Shown here: in pieces, positions 20,559 to 30,773 of the stretch
How the letters are laid out: each line of letters begins with the position of its first letter
Numbering within the stretch: position 1 is the stretch's first letter
NCBI GenBank assembly: GCA_965223325.1
Contig: CBDCWI010000002.1
Location: forward strand, 2,080,001 to 2,144,000
DNA from: Candidatus Multivoradales bacterium
GTDB taxonomy: Bacteria; Acidobacteriota; Thermoanaerobaculia; Multivoradales; Multivoraceae
Direction of reading: 5' to 3'
DNA: 64,000 nt
Notes under the pieces: model-generated
The model's database searches: none
Told to the model about the DNA's origin: nothing
What the model saw: only the letters and a program-made list of their open reading frames with translations
Position numbers and translations under genes: made by a program

Positions 20559-20641
20559 GCCCACCGCCGAACCTGTTGGCACCCTCGCCTGGCTTCGCCG
20601 CGCGCTAACCTCCGAGCCTCACCACCTGAGGGACTCGAGGG

Positions 20642-21709
20642 ATGCCGAAGAAGAAGGTCGCCGCCACGGTGCCGCGGCTTGCGCGCACCGCCAACCAGGA
20701 AACAAGGAGCATCGAGGAGCGTTTCGCACTCGAGCTCGAAGCTCTGGCGCCACTCGCTCGAATCGTCGAGGCCGACGTCACCAGCGTTGACGCATTCCTC
20801 GAAACCGCCCACGACGCCGACGCGGTCCTCACGTCGTGGGGCTTCAAGCTCAGCCGCGACGTCCTCGAGCGGCTCGAGAAGTGCTCGGTGATTGGGGTGG
20901 GCAGTGTTGGCGTCGACATGGTGGACGTCGACGCGGCCACCGACCTGGGGATCGTGGTGACCAACGTCCCTGATGTCTTTATCGAGGAAGTCGCCGACCA
21001 CACGATGGCACTGCTGCTTGCCCTGGCCCGTCGGGTCAAGCTGATGGACAAACTGGCGCAGGAGGGCGAGTGGTACCAGGGGCGACCGACGCTCGACCAG
21101 GTGCCGCGACTCTTCGGCCAAACGCTCGGTTTGATTGCCTACGGCAACGTCGCGCGCGCCGTTGCTCGTCGTGCTCGTGGTTTCGGGCTGCGGATCGTGG
21201 CGCACGACCCCTACCTCTCCGAACTCACCATGACGACCGACGGCGTCGAGCCTGTGTCTTTGCCCGAGTTGCTCGAGCGCGCGGACTACATTTCGATGCA
21301 CGCGCTGCTCAACAACGAAACTCGCCACCTGCTCGGGGAGAAGGAGTTCGAATTGATGAAAGAAGGCGCGGCGCTCATCAACTGCGGTCGCGGCCCGACC
21401 ATCGATGAGCAGGCGATGATCGCGGCACTCGACAGCGGTCGCCTGGCGGGAGCGGCGCTCGACGTGCTCGAGCAAGAACCGCCCGACCCGCAGAACCCGT
21501 TGCTCGGCCGCAACAACGTCGTGCTCACACCACACGTCGCCTCGGCGACTACCCGCATGCGTCCCGAGGTCAGGCGGCGCGTCGGTCGCGAGGTTGCCCT
21601 CGTACTGAAAGGTCGCTGGCCGCGCAGTCCGGTCAACCCCACCGTCCTGCCGCGCACTCCGTTGGTCCGCTGGCAGCCGCACTCGATGGAGCGCGGCCCC
21701 AATCGCTAG
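20642..21709 (+). CDS. D-2-hydroxyacid dehydrogenase (C-terminal binding protein-like / SerA-like)
   Basis: VGVDMVD, TNVPD, EVADH, INCGRG, ALDVLEQEP, TPHVA. Confidence 0.9.
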   Translation: MPKKKVAATVPRLARTANQETRSIEERFALELEALAPLARIVEADVTSVDAFLETAHDADAVLTSWGFKLSRDVLERLEKCSVIGVGSVGVDMVDVDAATDLGIVVTNVPDVFIEEVADHTMALLLALARRVKLMDKLAQEGEWYQGRPTLDQVPRLFGQTLGLIAYGNVARAVARRARGFGLRIVAHDPYLSELTMTTDGVEPVSLPELLERADYISMHALLNNETRHLLGEKEFELMKEGAALINCGRGPTIDEQAMIAALDSGRLAGAALDVLEQEPPDPQNPLLGRNNVVLTPHVASATTRMRPEVRRRVGREVALVLKGRWPRSPVNPTVLPRTPLVRWQPHSMERGPNR

Positions 21710-21803
21710 CGGGGCTCGTGATTTGCGCTGCTCGGTTGGAGGTCGTGGTTTGGTAGGCGGTGCTGGTTGATGTGCTGTGTCGAGGATGCGATAGGTCGTT
21801 TAT

Positions 21804-23178
21804 CACGAGCCCCGCTAGCATCACCTTTGCCGCGCAAGCGTTTCGTAACGCGACCGATTTCTAGCGATCTCGCTTGGCAGGAACGACCCCGAACTGCAGT
21901 GACCCGTCGCGCGCGGCGGATTCGTGCCTTCGATGGAAAGGAGTTACCGAGGAGCCTGCAGGATGGGAGCTGCGCTACGAGCTGCGGCCTCGAAAGCCGC
22001 TTCCCACGAACTCCGCTCGCATCACACTTGCCGCGCAAGCCTTTCGTAACGCGGCCGATTTCTAGCGATCTCGCTTGGCAGGAACGACCCCGAACTGCAG
22101 TGACCCGTCGCGCGCGGCGGATTCGTGCCTTCGATGGAAAGGGGTTACCGAGGAGCCTGCAGGATGGGAGCTGCGCTACGAGCTGCGGCCTCGAAAGCCG
22201 TAACCCACGAACTCCGCTCGCATCACACTTGCCGCGCAAGCCTTTCGTGACGCGGCCGATTTCTAGCGATCTCGCTTGGCAGGAACGACCCCGAACTGCA
22301 GTGACCCGTCGCGCGCGGCGGATTCGTGCCTTCGATGGAAAGGGGCTCCCGAGGAGCCTGCAGGATGGGAGCTGCGCTACGAGCTGCGGCCTCGAAAGCC
22401 GTAACCCACGAACTCCGCTCGCATCACACTTACCCCGCAAGCCTTTCGTAACGCGGCCGATTTCTAGCGATCTCGCTTGGCAGGAACGACCCCGAACTGC
22501 AGTGACCCGTCGCGCGCGGCGGATTCGTGCCTTCGATGGAAAGGGGCTCCCGAGGAGCCTGCAGGATGGAAGCTGCGCTACGAGCTGCGGTCTCGAAAGC
22601 CGTAACCCACGAACTCCGCTCGCATCACACTTACCGCGCAAGCCTTTCGTAACGCGGCCGATTTCTAGCGATCTCGCTTGGCAGGAACGACCCCAAACTG
22701 CAGTGACCCGTCGCGCGCGGCGGATTCGTGCCTTCGATGGAAAGGGGCTCCCGAGGAGCCTGCAGGATGGAAGCTGCGCTATGGACTGCGGCCTCGAAAG
22801 CCGCTTCCCACGAACTCCGCTCGCATCACACTTGCCGCGCTATCGCCACGTGACGCGGCCGATTGCCAGCGATCTCGCCTGGCAGGAGCGATCCCGAACT
22901 GCAGTGACCCGTCGCGCGCGGCGGATTCGTGCCTTCGATGGAAAGGGGCTCCCGAGGAGCCTGCAGGATGGAGGCTGCGCTATGGACTGCGGCCTCGAAA
23001 GCCGCTTCCCACGAACTCCGCTCGCATCACACTTGCCGCGCTATCGCCACGTGACGCGGCCGTTTTCTAGCGATCTCGCTTGGCAGGAACGACCCCGAAC
23101 TGCAGTGACCCGTCGCGCGCGGCGGATTCGTGATTCCGATGGAAGGGGGCTCCCGAGGAGCCTGCAGGATGGGAGCTG
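21804..23178. repeat. Tandem array of a 201-bp unit, about 6.8 near-identical copies
   Basis: Anchor (t/c)agcgatctcgc at 21862, 22063, 22264, 22465, 22666, 22867 and 23068 gives an exact 201-bp period; no unique spacers. Confidence 0.97.
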
Positions 23179-23196
23179 GGCGGTAGGGGTGTTTCG

Positions 23197-23838
23197 TTGA
23201 GCGCAGCTGCCTTTCTAGGCTTCCTGGGTGCGAGTCTCGCCATCGCCCTTTCGCCAGGGCCGAGCTGGTTCTACGTCATGGCGGCGACGCTTGCCAACGG
23301 GCGGCGCGGCGGACGCCTGGCGACGTTCGGCAACGCAGTCGGCATTCTCGTTCATGTCGTCGCCGTCGCAACCGGCATCGCCGCCCTCTTGCAGGTCTAC
23401 CCGGCGGCGTTTCAGGCCCTTAAGTGGGCCGGCGTTGCCTTTCTGGGTTGGCTCGGCCTCCGCACCTTCATGCAACCGCCGGTCGAGGTCGACCTCGACG
23501 AAGCCGACGTCGGACGCGTCGGTGAGAAAAGCGGCGCAGGCATCTTTCGCGACGGGGTGCTGATGGCGGTTCTCAACCCCAAAATCGCTGTCTTGATGCT
23601 CGCCCTCCTGCCACAGTTCGTCGACTTCGACTCCTGGGCGCTTCCCCAGATTGCAACGCTCGGCACGATTCACGTTCTAGTCGCGAGTATCACCCTGACG
23701 ATCGTCGCGACCTTCACCGTCGCCATCGAACAGCGCCTGCGCGACTCACCGGCCTGGGCCCGCGCCCTCCAGTGGACGACAGGAGCGGCGCTCCTCGGTT
23801 TCGCCATTGCACTCGCGCTCCTCGGCACCTCGCTCTGA
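23197..23838 (+). CDS. LysE/RhtB family translocator
   Basis: ALSPGP, LKWAGVAFLGWLG, VLNPKIA, LPQF. Confidence 0.9.
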   Translation: MSAAAFLGFLGASLAIALSPGPSWFYVMAATLANGRRGGRLATFGNAVGILVHVVAVATGIAALLQVYPAAFQALKWAGVAFLGWLGLRTFMQPPVEVDLDEADVGRVGEKSGAGIFRDGVLMAVLNPKIAVLMLALLPQFVDFDSWALPQIATLGTIHVLVASITLTIVATFTVAIEQRLRDSPAWARALQWTTGAALLGFAIALALLGTSL

Positions 23839-23927
23839 CGAGTCCCGACGAACTCTGGAGGGCCCCGAGAGAGAGCTGTATGCTCGCCTCCGTTTCCCCC
23901 CCTTTTTCGTGACCGCAAGGCGACCGA

Positions 23928-24527
23928 ATGGCGACTCTCGAGTTCTTCTATGACTGCAGCAGTCCGTGGACCTATCTGGCGTTCGACCGCATCGAAGCGG
24001 TGGCCACGGAGGCCGGTGCCGAACTGGTGTGGAAGCCGATCCTCGTTGGCGGCGTCTTCAACACCGTCAACCCGAGCGTGTACGCAGCGCGCGAGAAACC
24101 GGTTCCCGCTAAAGCCGCCTATTCCCGGAAGGACCTTGCCGACTGGGCGCGCTATCAGGGCCTTCAAATCTCGTGGCCGGAAGTCTTCCCGGTGAACTCG
24201 GTCAAGGCGATGCGCGCCGCGATCGTGGCCGAACCACTGGGACTGATCAGCCGCTGGTCGCGGGCGGTGTTCGAGGCCTACTGGGGAGAGGGTCGTGACA
24301 TTTCCCAGGTCGCGGTGCTACAGGCCCTCGCCGCCATCGTAGGGCTACCCGCCGAGAAACTCGAAGAGATCGAGCGGCAGGAGATCAAACAGGCCCTCCG
24401 TGACAACACCGAAGAGCTGATCGCGCGCGGCGGCTTCGGCTCGCCGACCATCTTCGTTGACCGCACAGACATGTACTTCGGCAACGACCGCATCCCGCTA
24501 GTACGCGCGGCAATCGGGCTGCGCTGA
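23928..24527 (+). CDS. 2-hydroxychromene-2-carboxylate isomerase / DsbA-like protein
   Basis: FFYDCSSPWTY, GGFGSPT, YFGNDR. Confidence 0.9.
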   Translation: MATLEFFYDCSSPWTYLAFDRIEAVATEAGAELVWKPILVGGVFNTVNPSVYAAREKPVPAKAAYSRKDLADWARYQGLQISWPEVFPVNSVKAMRAAIVAEPLGLISRWSRAVFEAYWGEGRDISQVAVLQALAAIVGLPAEKLEEIERQEIKQALRDNTEELIARGGFGSPTIFVDRTDMYFGNDRIPLVRAAIGLR

Positions 24528-24556
24528 GGTACGCCCGCTAGAGAAGGAAACGAACG

Positions 24557-25249
24557 ATGGACCACGAGCACTACACCGATCTCACCCAGGTTGCACCGAA
24601 CATATGGTGTGCAGAGGGGCCAGTCTCCCCCGCACCGGGCTTCAGCATGGCAACCCGCATGACGGTCATTCGTCTTGCCGACGACACGCTCTGGGTTCAT
24701 TCCCCACTTCTCATGCCCGACCCGCTGGTGCGGGCGGTCGAAGCCCTGGGCGAGGTTTCGCACGTCGTGGCGCCCAACCTCTTCCACCACCTCTATCTCA
24801 AGTACGCCCAACAACACTGGCCCGACGCACAGTTCTGGGGACCTGCCGGTCTCGACGACAAACGAGACGACGTGCGCTTCGATCACGAACTCACGGAGGG
24901 CGACCACTGGGACGGCCAGTTCCTCGTTCTGCCAATCGCCGGCATGCCGAAGTTCCGCGAGTGGGTCTTCTTTCATCAACCCTCGGGCACCCTCGTCGTC
25001 ACCGACCTGGTCTTCAACGAGCCGCAGGCTCACAACGGCATGACCGGCTTCTTCTTCCGACTCGCCGGCACGCGCGGCAAACTCGCCTTGAGCAGGCTCT
25101 TCAACAGCCAGGTCAAAGACAAGCAGGCGTTTCTCGCCAGCTGCGGCCGTCTGCACGAGCTCGAGATCGAGCGCGTCGTCATGGCGCACGGGAAGATCCT
25201 CGAAGACGACGCCCGCGCTCGCTTCTGCAGCGTTTGCCCACAGGGCTAG
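24557..25249 (+). CDS. DUF4336 domain protein (metallo-beta-lactamase-like fold)
   Basis: TRMTVIRL, VAPNLFHHL, FFHQPSGTLVVTDL, VMAHG. Confidence 0.85.
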   Translation: MDHEHYTDLTQVAPNIWCAEGPVSPAPGFSMATRMTVIRLADDTLWVHSPLLMPDPLVRAVEALGEVSHVVAPNLFHHLYLKYAQQHWPDAQFWGPAGLDDKRDDVRFDHELTEGDHWDGQFLVLPIAGMPKFREWVFFHQPSGTLVVTDLVFNEPQAHNGMTGFFFRLAGTRGKLALSRLFNSQVKDKQAFLASCGRLHELEIERVVMAHGKILEDDARARFCSVCPQG

Positions 25250-25402
25250 CCGGAGGCCAGGCTCCTCCCCCGCCCGCAGATAGACTTCGGGTTCTTGCAC
25301 TCAACCTGACGCCAGGAAGGCCGCCGGCTGCCCAGCTCGATCCATTGCCCGGGACAACACTCGAGACCGAGCGCGCCGACAAGAACAGGAGGACCTCCGC
25401 TC

Positions 25403-27130
25403 ATGAAACTCGCACACCGTTCGCTCCCTCTGCTCATGGCTTCTGCCCTCATCGTCAGCGGCCTCGCGGTCACGGGCTGTGACAGCGGCGACACCGCCGA
25501 CGCCACAGCGTCGTCTGACGACTACACCGAAACAACGACCGGAGCCGAAGTCGCACGCCGCGGCCTGGCCAAGTATCAGTCCGTCAAGCTCACCAGCGAT
25601 CTGCCCCTCACGGACACTGAGCGTGAGCTCGTCGGTCACCTGATCCAGGCGGCCGACGCCATGACGCCGGTCTTCTGGGTCCAGGCCTACGGCGACCCGC
25701 AGGAGCTCTCGGGTGACATCACCGACCCGTCGGTGCTCGAATTCACCAAGATCAACTTCGGGCCGTGGGACCGTCTCGACGGCAACGCACCGTTTCTAGA
25801 CGGCTACGGGCCGAAACCTAAAGGCGCCAACCTCTACCCCAGCGACATCACCGCCGAAGAGCTGAACAAGGCCATCGAGGCAGCCCAGGCTGTCGACGAC
25901 ATCGAGCGGGCCGAAGCGCTCTCCGGGCTCTACACCCTGGTGCGCCGCGACGACCACGGCAAGCTGATCACCATTCCCTACAGCGAAGCGTTCGCTGAAG
26001 AGTTCGGCGAAGCGGCCGGCCATCTGCGCGCCGCCGCCGAGCTCGCTGAAGACCCCGGCCTGCGTCGGCACCTGGAGCTGCGCGCCGAGGCGCTTCTCAG
26101 CGACCAGTACTACGAATCTGATCTGGCCTGGATGGAAATGAAGGACAACCCGATCGACATCGTCATCGGCCCGATCGAAACCTACGAAGACCAACTCGCC
26201 GGCTACAAAGCGGCCGCCGAGGCATACGTTCTGATCAAGGACCGCGCTTGGAGCGAGCGACTGGCGCGCTACGCAGCGTTCCTACCCGAACTCCAACGCG
26301 GCATCCCGGTAGACGCCGCCTACAAGGCTGAAATGCCCGGAAGCGAAGCCGACCTCAACGCCTACGACGTCGTGTATGTCGCGGGCGACTCGAACGCCGG
26401 CTCGAAGACCATCGCTATCAATCTCCCCAACGACGAACGAGTACAGCTTGCCAAGGGAACCCGACGCCTGCAGCTGAAGAACGCGATGCGCGCCAAGTTC
26501 GATCACATCCTGGTACCTCTCGCGGACGTTCTGATCGCTGAGGATCAACGGCAGTACGTCAGCTTCGACGCCTTCTTCGGCAACACCATGTTCCATGAAG
26601 TCGCCCATGGCCTCGGCATCAAGAACACCATCGACGGAAGCGACACGGTGCGCAAGGCGCTCAAAGAGCAAGCCTCGGCAATGGAAGAAGGAAAAGCCGA
26701 CGTGCTCGGCCTCTACATGGTCAGTCAGCTGCACGACAAGGGTGAAATCACAGATACCACGATCGAAGACAACATGGTGACCTTCGTCGCCTCGATCTTC
26801 CGTTCGATTCGCTTCGGCGCGGCAAGCGCCCACGGCCGCGCCAACGTCGCGCGCTTCGGGTTCTTCAAGGAACAGGGCGCCTTCGTCCGCGACGCCGAAA
26901 CCGGCACCTGGCGCGTCGACTTCGAGAAGATGCGCTCGGCCATGGACGCTTTGTCCGCGAAGATCCTCACACTGCAAGGCGACGGCGACTACGACGGTGC
27001 CAAGGAGTTCTTCGAGACCTACGGCGAGATCGACGATGAACTACAAGCCGACCTCGACCGTCTGAGAGACGCAGGCATTCCCGTCGACATCGTTTACGAA
27101 CAGGGCCCGCAGGTGCTGTGGGGCGAGTAG
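25403..27130 (+). CDS. Zn-dependent dipeptidyl peptidase III (M49)-like lipoprotein
   Basis: Lipobox AVTGC; GPWDRLD, GPIETYED, AINLPNDE, HEVAHG, EEGKAD. Confidence 0.88.
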   Translation: MKLAHRSLPLLMASALIVSGLAVTGCDSGDTADATASSDDYTETTTGAEVARRGLAKYQSVKLTSDLPLTDTERELVGHLIQAADAMTPVFWVQAYGDPQELSGDITDPSVLEFTKINFGPWDRLDGNAPFLDGYGPKPKGANLYPSDITAEELNKAIEAAQAVDDIERAEALSGLYTLVRRDDHGKLITIPYSEAFAEEFGEAAGHLRAAAELAEDPGLRRHLELRAEALLSDQYYESDLAWMEMKDNPIDIVIGPIETYEDQLAGYKAAAEAYVLIKDRAWSERLARYAAFLPELQRGIPVDAAYKAEMPGSEADLNAYDVVYVAGDSNAGSKTIAINLPNDERVQLAKGTRRLQLKNAMRAKFDHILVPLADVLIAEDQRQYVSFDAFFGNTMFHEVAHGLGIKNTIDGSDTVRKALKEQASAMEEGKADVLGLYMVSQLHDKGEITDTTIEDNMVTFVASIFRSIRFGAASAHGRANVARFGFFKEQGAFVRDAETGTWRVDFEKMRSAMDALSAKILTLQGDGDYDGAKEFFETYGEIDDELQADLDRLRDAGIPVDIVYEQGPQVLWGE

Positions 27131-27155
27131 CCCTCCAGGAGTTGGCCCTAGTGGG

Positions 27156-27959
27156 CTAGCCGCCCGGCTGCTCGTCGAGCCAGGTCCTGATCGCCTGACG
27201 AAACTGCGGCTTCATCAGCGCCGACGCGTGGGTCGCGTCGTCGATCAACACCAACGGAACATCGGGACGAACCTCACGCAGGGGTTTCACAGACCGTTCG
27301 TAGAGCCCGTCCTTCTCACCAACGATGGCGATCATCGGCACATCGATCGCCTCCAGATCAGCCTTGCTGACACCGAGGGCGCCCCAGCTGTTGTAGACCG
27401 CCTGAAAAACTTCGCCATTCTTCTGACCGTCGTCCCGCCGCGCCGAGCGGAAACGCTCCTTGGTCTCCGGGTCGTCACGCGTCCACCCCATGCCGCAGAT
27501 CCCAGCCGACAGAACCCGCTCAGGATGGTCAACCACCAGCCGCAACGTGATCATGCCGCCCATCGAGTAGCCCACAACGTGCGCTTTCTCGATGCCGAGA
27601 TGATCGAGCAATCGCACCTGGTCTTCAACCATCTCTGCACCATAGGCTGACGGCGCGGTGGGCTTGTCGCTCTTGCCGTGCCCGCGGTTGTCGATCGTGA
27701 TCACGCGATAGCTGTCGACGAGCGCGTTGTTGACGCCACCGAAGCGCCAATTGAGGTTGCCGTCGGCGCGATAGCCGTGAATCAGAAGCACCGGCGGACC
27801 CTCGCCCTCGACGGTGTAGTAGATCGTCGTGCCGTTCGACTCGAACGACCCCTCATCGGGAGAGTCGGCAAGGGCAAACGGTGCGAGGGAAAACGCGACC
27901 AGAAACCAGGCAAACGAGGTGGCGAAGGTCATGTGAAAGTGATTCGACGAGCGAGTCAT
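27156..27959 (-). CDS. Alpha/beta hydrolase, secreted
   Basis: LLIHG, DNRGHG, GYSMGG nucleophile elbow. Confidence 0.9.
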   Translation of the reverse strand: MTRSSNHFHMTFATSFAWFLVAFSLAPFALADSPDEGSFESNGTTIYYTVEGEGPPVLLIHGYRADGNLNWRFGGVNNALVDSYRVITIDNRGHGKSDKPTAPSAYGAEMVEDQVRLLDHLGIEKAHVVGYSMGGMITLRLVVDHPERVLSAGICGMGWTRDDPETKERFRSARRDDGQKNGEVFQAVYNSWGALGVSKADLEAIDVPMIAIVGEKDGLYERSVKPLREVRPDVPLVLIDDATHASALMKPQFRQAIRTWLDEQPGG

Positions 27960-27980
27960 GGCGACTTTCCTTCCGCGGTT

Positions 27981-28304
27981 CTAAAGGGTTCGAAGGAGGC
28001 TACACCGTCCGTCCAAACACCGAGGTCGACGGCGCACTGGCATTGACCGTGGTTGGCGACGACAACCATCTGAGCCTTGGAGAGAAGAGGGCGAACGCTC
28101 GAGAATCTCGGGAGCGTCGAGCACGCCGTGGCGACCAGGCGGACAGGTGCCGAGCAGAGAGGCGGTTCCGACCCGGTGCGGATAGCGCCGCACCAGCTCG
28201 AGCGCAGTCCTCGTGCCATAGGAGACACCGAAGATGTTGACCTCCTCATGACCGAGCTGATCCAGCGACGCCGCAAGATCGTACCGGGAAGATCCTCGAA
28301 GCAA
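27981..28304 (-). pseudogene. Fragment of a TAP-like alpha/beta hydrolase (tripeptidyl aminopeptidase family)
   Basis: LGHEEVNIFGVSYGTRTALELVRRYP motif only; no proper N- or C-terminus. Confidence 0.65.
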
Positions 28305-28400
28305 TGGGAAGCCTGTGGAAGTTCGAACGACGCAGCGTGCCTACAGCCTGAGCACGTAGCCGCCCTCATTCCCTCAGCACCATCGACTACGGGGCCTGAA

Positions 28401-30569
28401 TCAGGTGATTCCGCGCTCCGCCTTGAGCTCCAAGCGACGCGAGTGCAGGATCGGCTCGGTGTACCCCGATGGCTGCTCTGCTCCCTTGAGCACCAGGTCA
28501 CAGGCGGCCTTGAACGCCACACCGTCGTAGCTCGGCGCCATCGGCGTATAGGCGGGATCGCCCTCGTTCTGCTTGTCGACCACCGCCGCCATGCGCTCGA
28601 AGGTTTCGCGCACTTCGTCTTCGGTGACGACACCCCAGAGCAGCCAGTTGGCCATGTGTTGACTGGAGATGCGGCAGGTGGCTCGATCCTCCATCAACCC
28701 GACATCGTTGATGTCGGGCACCTTGGAGCAACCAACGCCCTGATCGACCCAACGCACGACGTAACCCAGAATCCCCTGAGCGTTGTTGTCGAGCTCGGCC
28801 TTCTTCTCGTCCGCCGTCCAGGGCGGCGAGGCCACCACCGGGATCTGCAGTAGCTGATCGATCGTGGCGCGCGGGCCGGCGGCGGCGAGTTCCTCTTGAC
28901 GCGCCAGCACATCGATGCGGTGGTAGTGCGTGGCATGCAGAGTTGCAGCTGTGGGTGAGGGCACCCAAGCACAGTTGGCCCCGGCCTGAGGGTGACCGAC
29001 CTTTTCTTCGAGCATGTTGCCCATCAGATCGGGCGCCGCCCACATTCCTTTGCCGATCTGCGCCTTACCGCGCAGCCCGGTCGCCAAGCCCACGTCGACG
29101 TTCCAGTCTTCGTAAGCACTGATCCAGGTCTGCGCCTTCATCTGCGTTTTACGCACGAAGGGTCCGGCATGCATCGAAGTGTGAATCTCGTCGCCCGTAC
29201 GATCGAGGAATCCGGTGTTGATGAACACAACGCGCGACTTCACCGCGCGAATGCACTCCTTGAGATTGAGCGTGGTGCGCCGCTCCTCGTCCATCACGCC
29301 GATCTTGACGGTGTTGCGCGGTAAACCGAGTACGTCTTCGACCCGACCGAAGATCTCGTTGGTGAACGCCACCTCCTCGGGGCCGTGCATTTTCGGTTTG
29401 ACGACGTAGACCGAGCCGCTGCGCGAGTTGCGCTTCCCTTCGGTCTTTTGGAGATCGTGCTTGGCACACAGTACCGTGATCATCGCGTCGAGCAACCCCT
29501 CCGGTGCTTCGTTGCCATCACGATCGAGCACCGCCGGATTGGTCATCAGGTGGCCGACGTTGCGCACCAACATCAGCGCGCGGCCCGCCTTGACCATCGA
29601 CCCGCCACCGGGAGTCGAGAACTCACGGTCCTCGACCAGAGAACGAGTGAAGGTGACGCCTGCCTTGGTCACCTCCTCGGTAAGCTCGCTGTTCATCAAC
29701 CCGAGCCAGTTGCGGTAGGTGACCACCTTGTCGGGAGCATCGACCGCGGCAACAGAATCCTCGCAGTCCATGATCGCGGTGACCGCAGCCTCGAGCAGAA
29801 TGTCGGCAACACCGGCACCATCGTCCTTGCCGACGTTGTGCTCGCGGTCGACCAGGATGATCACGCCCAGGCCGTTGTTCTCCAGCAAGAGCGACGACGG
29901 AGTCGCAGCGTCACCGGTGTAGCCGGCGAAGGCCGATGGATTACGCAACCCAACCGTCGAGCCGTCCTCGAGAGTCACCGCCAGAGCGCCGCCCGTCACG
30001 GCATAGAGAGTCGCACCGGCATGAGAACCGCTCGCGAGCGGAAAGATCTCGTCGAGAAAGCCGCGTCCCCACGCAATGACGCGATCACCGCGCGCGGTGT
30101 CGTAGGGCCCCGGAGGAGCAGAATCTCCCATCGCATCGGTGCCGTAGAGCGCATCGTAGAGCGAACCCCAACGCGCGTTGGCAGCGTTGAGCGCGTAGCG
30201 CGCATTCATCACAGGTACCACCAACTGGGGGCCTGGAATCAAAGCCAGCTCGGGATCGGCATTCTCGGTATCGATCGCAAAGTCGGGACCTTCAGGCACG
30301 AGGTAGCCGATCTCCTCGAGAAAGGCGCGGTACGCCGCGGCATCGTGAGACTGACCGGCCCGTTCTTTGTGCCACTGGTCGATCGCTTCTTGCATGTGCT
30401 CACGGACAGCCAACAGTTCACGATTGCGCGGACCGAGTTCGTGAATCAATGCCGAAAGCCCGGTGAAGAAGTCGGTCGGATCGACGCCGGATCCGGGCAA
30501 CGCCTCGTTGGTCAGGAAATCATGCAGTTCGGGAGCGATCTGAAGGCCGTCGATGGTCACACGGGTCAT
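28401..30569 (-). CDS. glcB: Malate synthase G
   Basis: [74 protein letters not shown]. Confidence 0.98.
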   Translation of the reverse strand: MTRVTIDGLQIAPELHDFLTNEALPGSGVDPTDFFTGLSALIHELGPRNRELLAVREHMQEAIDQWHKERAGQSHDAAAYRAFLEEIGYLVPEGPDFAIDTENADPELALIPGPQLVVPVMNARYALNAANARWGSLYDALYGTDAMGDSAPPGPYDTARGDRVIAWGRGFLDEIFPLASGSHAGATLYAVTGGALAVTLEDGSTVGLRNPSAFAGYTGDAATPSSLLLENNGLGVIILVDREHNVGKDDGAGVADILLEAAVTAIMDCEDSVAAVDAPDKVVTYRNWLGLMNSELTEEVTKAGVTFTRSLVEDREFSTPGGGSMVKAGRALMLVRNVGHLMTNPAVLDRDGNEAPEGLLDAMITVLCAKHDLQKTEGKRNSRSGSVYVVKPKMHGPEEVAFTNEIFGRVEDVLGLPRNTVKIGVMDEERRTTLNLKECIRAVKSRVVFINTGFLDRTGDEIHTSMHAGPFVRKTQMKAQTWISAYEDWNVDVGLATGLRGKAQIGKGMWAAPDLMGNMLEEKVGHPQAGANCAWVPSPTAATLHATHYHRIDVLARQEELAAAGPRATIDQLLQIPVVASPPWTADEKKAELDNNAQGILGYVVRWVDQGVGCSKVPDINDVGLMEDRATCRISSQHMANWLLWGVVTEDEVRETFERMAAVVDKQNEGDPAYTPMAPSYDGVAFKAACDLVLKGAEQPSGYTEPILHSRRLELKAERGIT

Positions 30570-30773
30570 GGAAGGAGAGATTCCTATGAGGTCAGCTACA
30601 GGTCAATAGGCGTTCAGCCTACGGCGTGAAGACACCGGCTGAGCAGGTCTTTAGCGAGAACGATCATTGTCTCGCAAGAACCAGCTCTACGCCAGTGGCG
30701 CGGGGTAGGCCGTGAGGCCGTAGGCCGTGGGGGGGTGCTGACGCCTTGTACCGGGTGACGCCTTGTGACGCCT

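Noticed and set aside
21804-23178. CRISPR or other repeat-spacer guide array
   Set aside because: The units are 201 bp and near-identical along their whole length, there are no unique spacers, and no cas or nuclease gene is adjacent.
21706-23200. ORFs 21767-23200 (+) and 21706-22641 (-) as confident CDS
   Set aside because: Open frames are expected when a stop-free 3n-length unit is repeated. There is no clear SD, the codon usage is atypical and no domain is recognisable. Kept only as a hypothesis.
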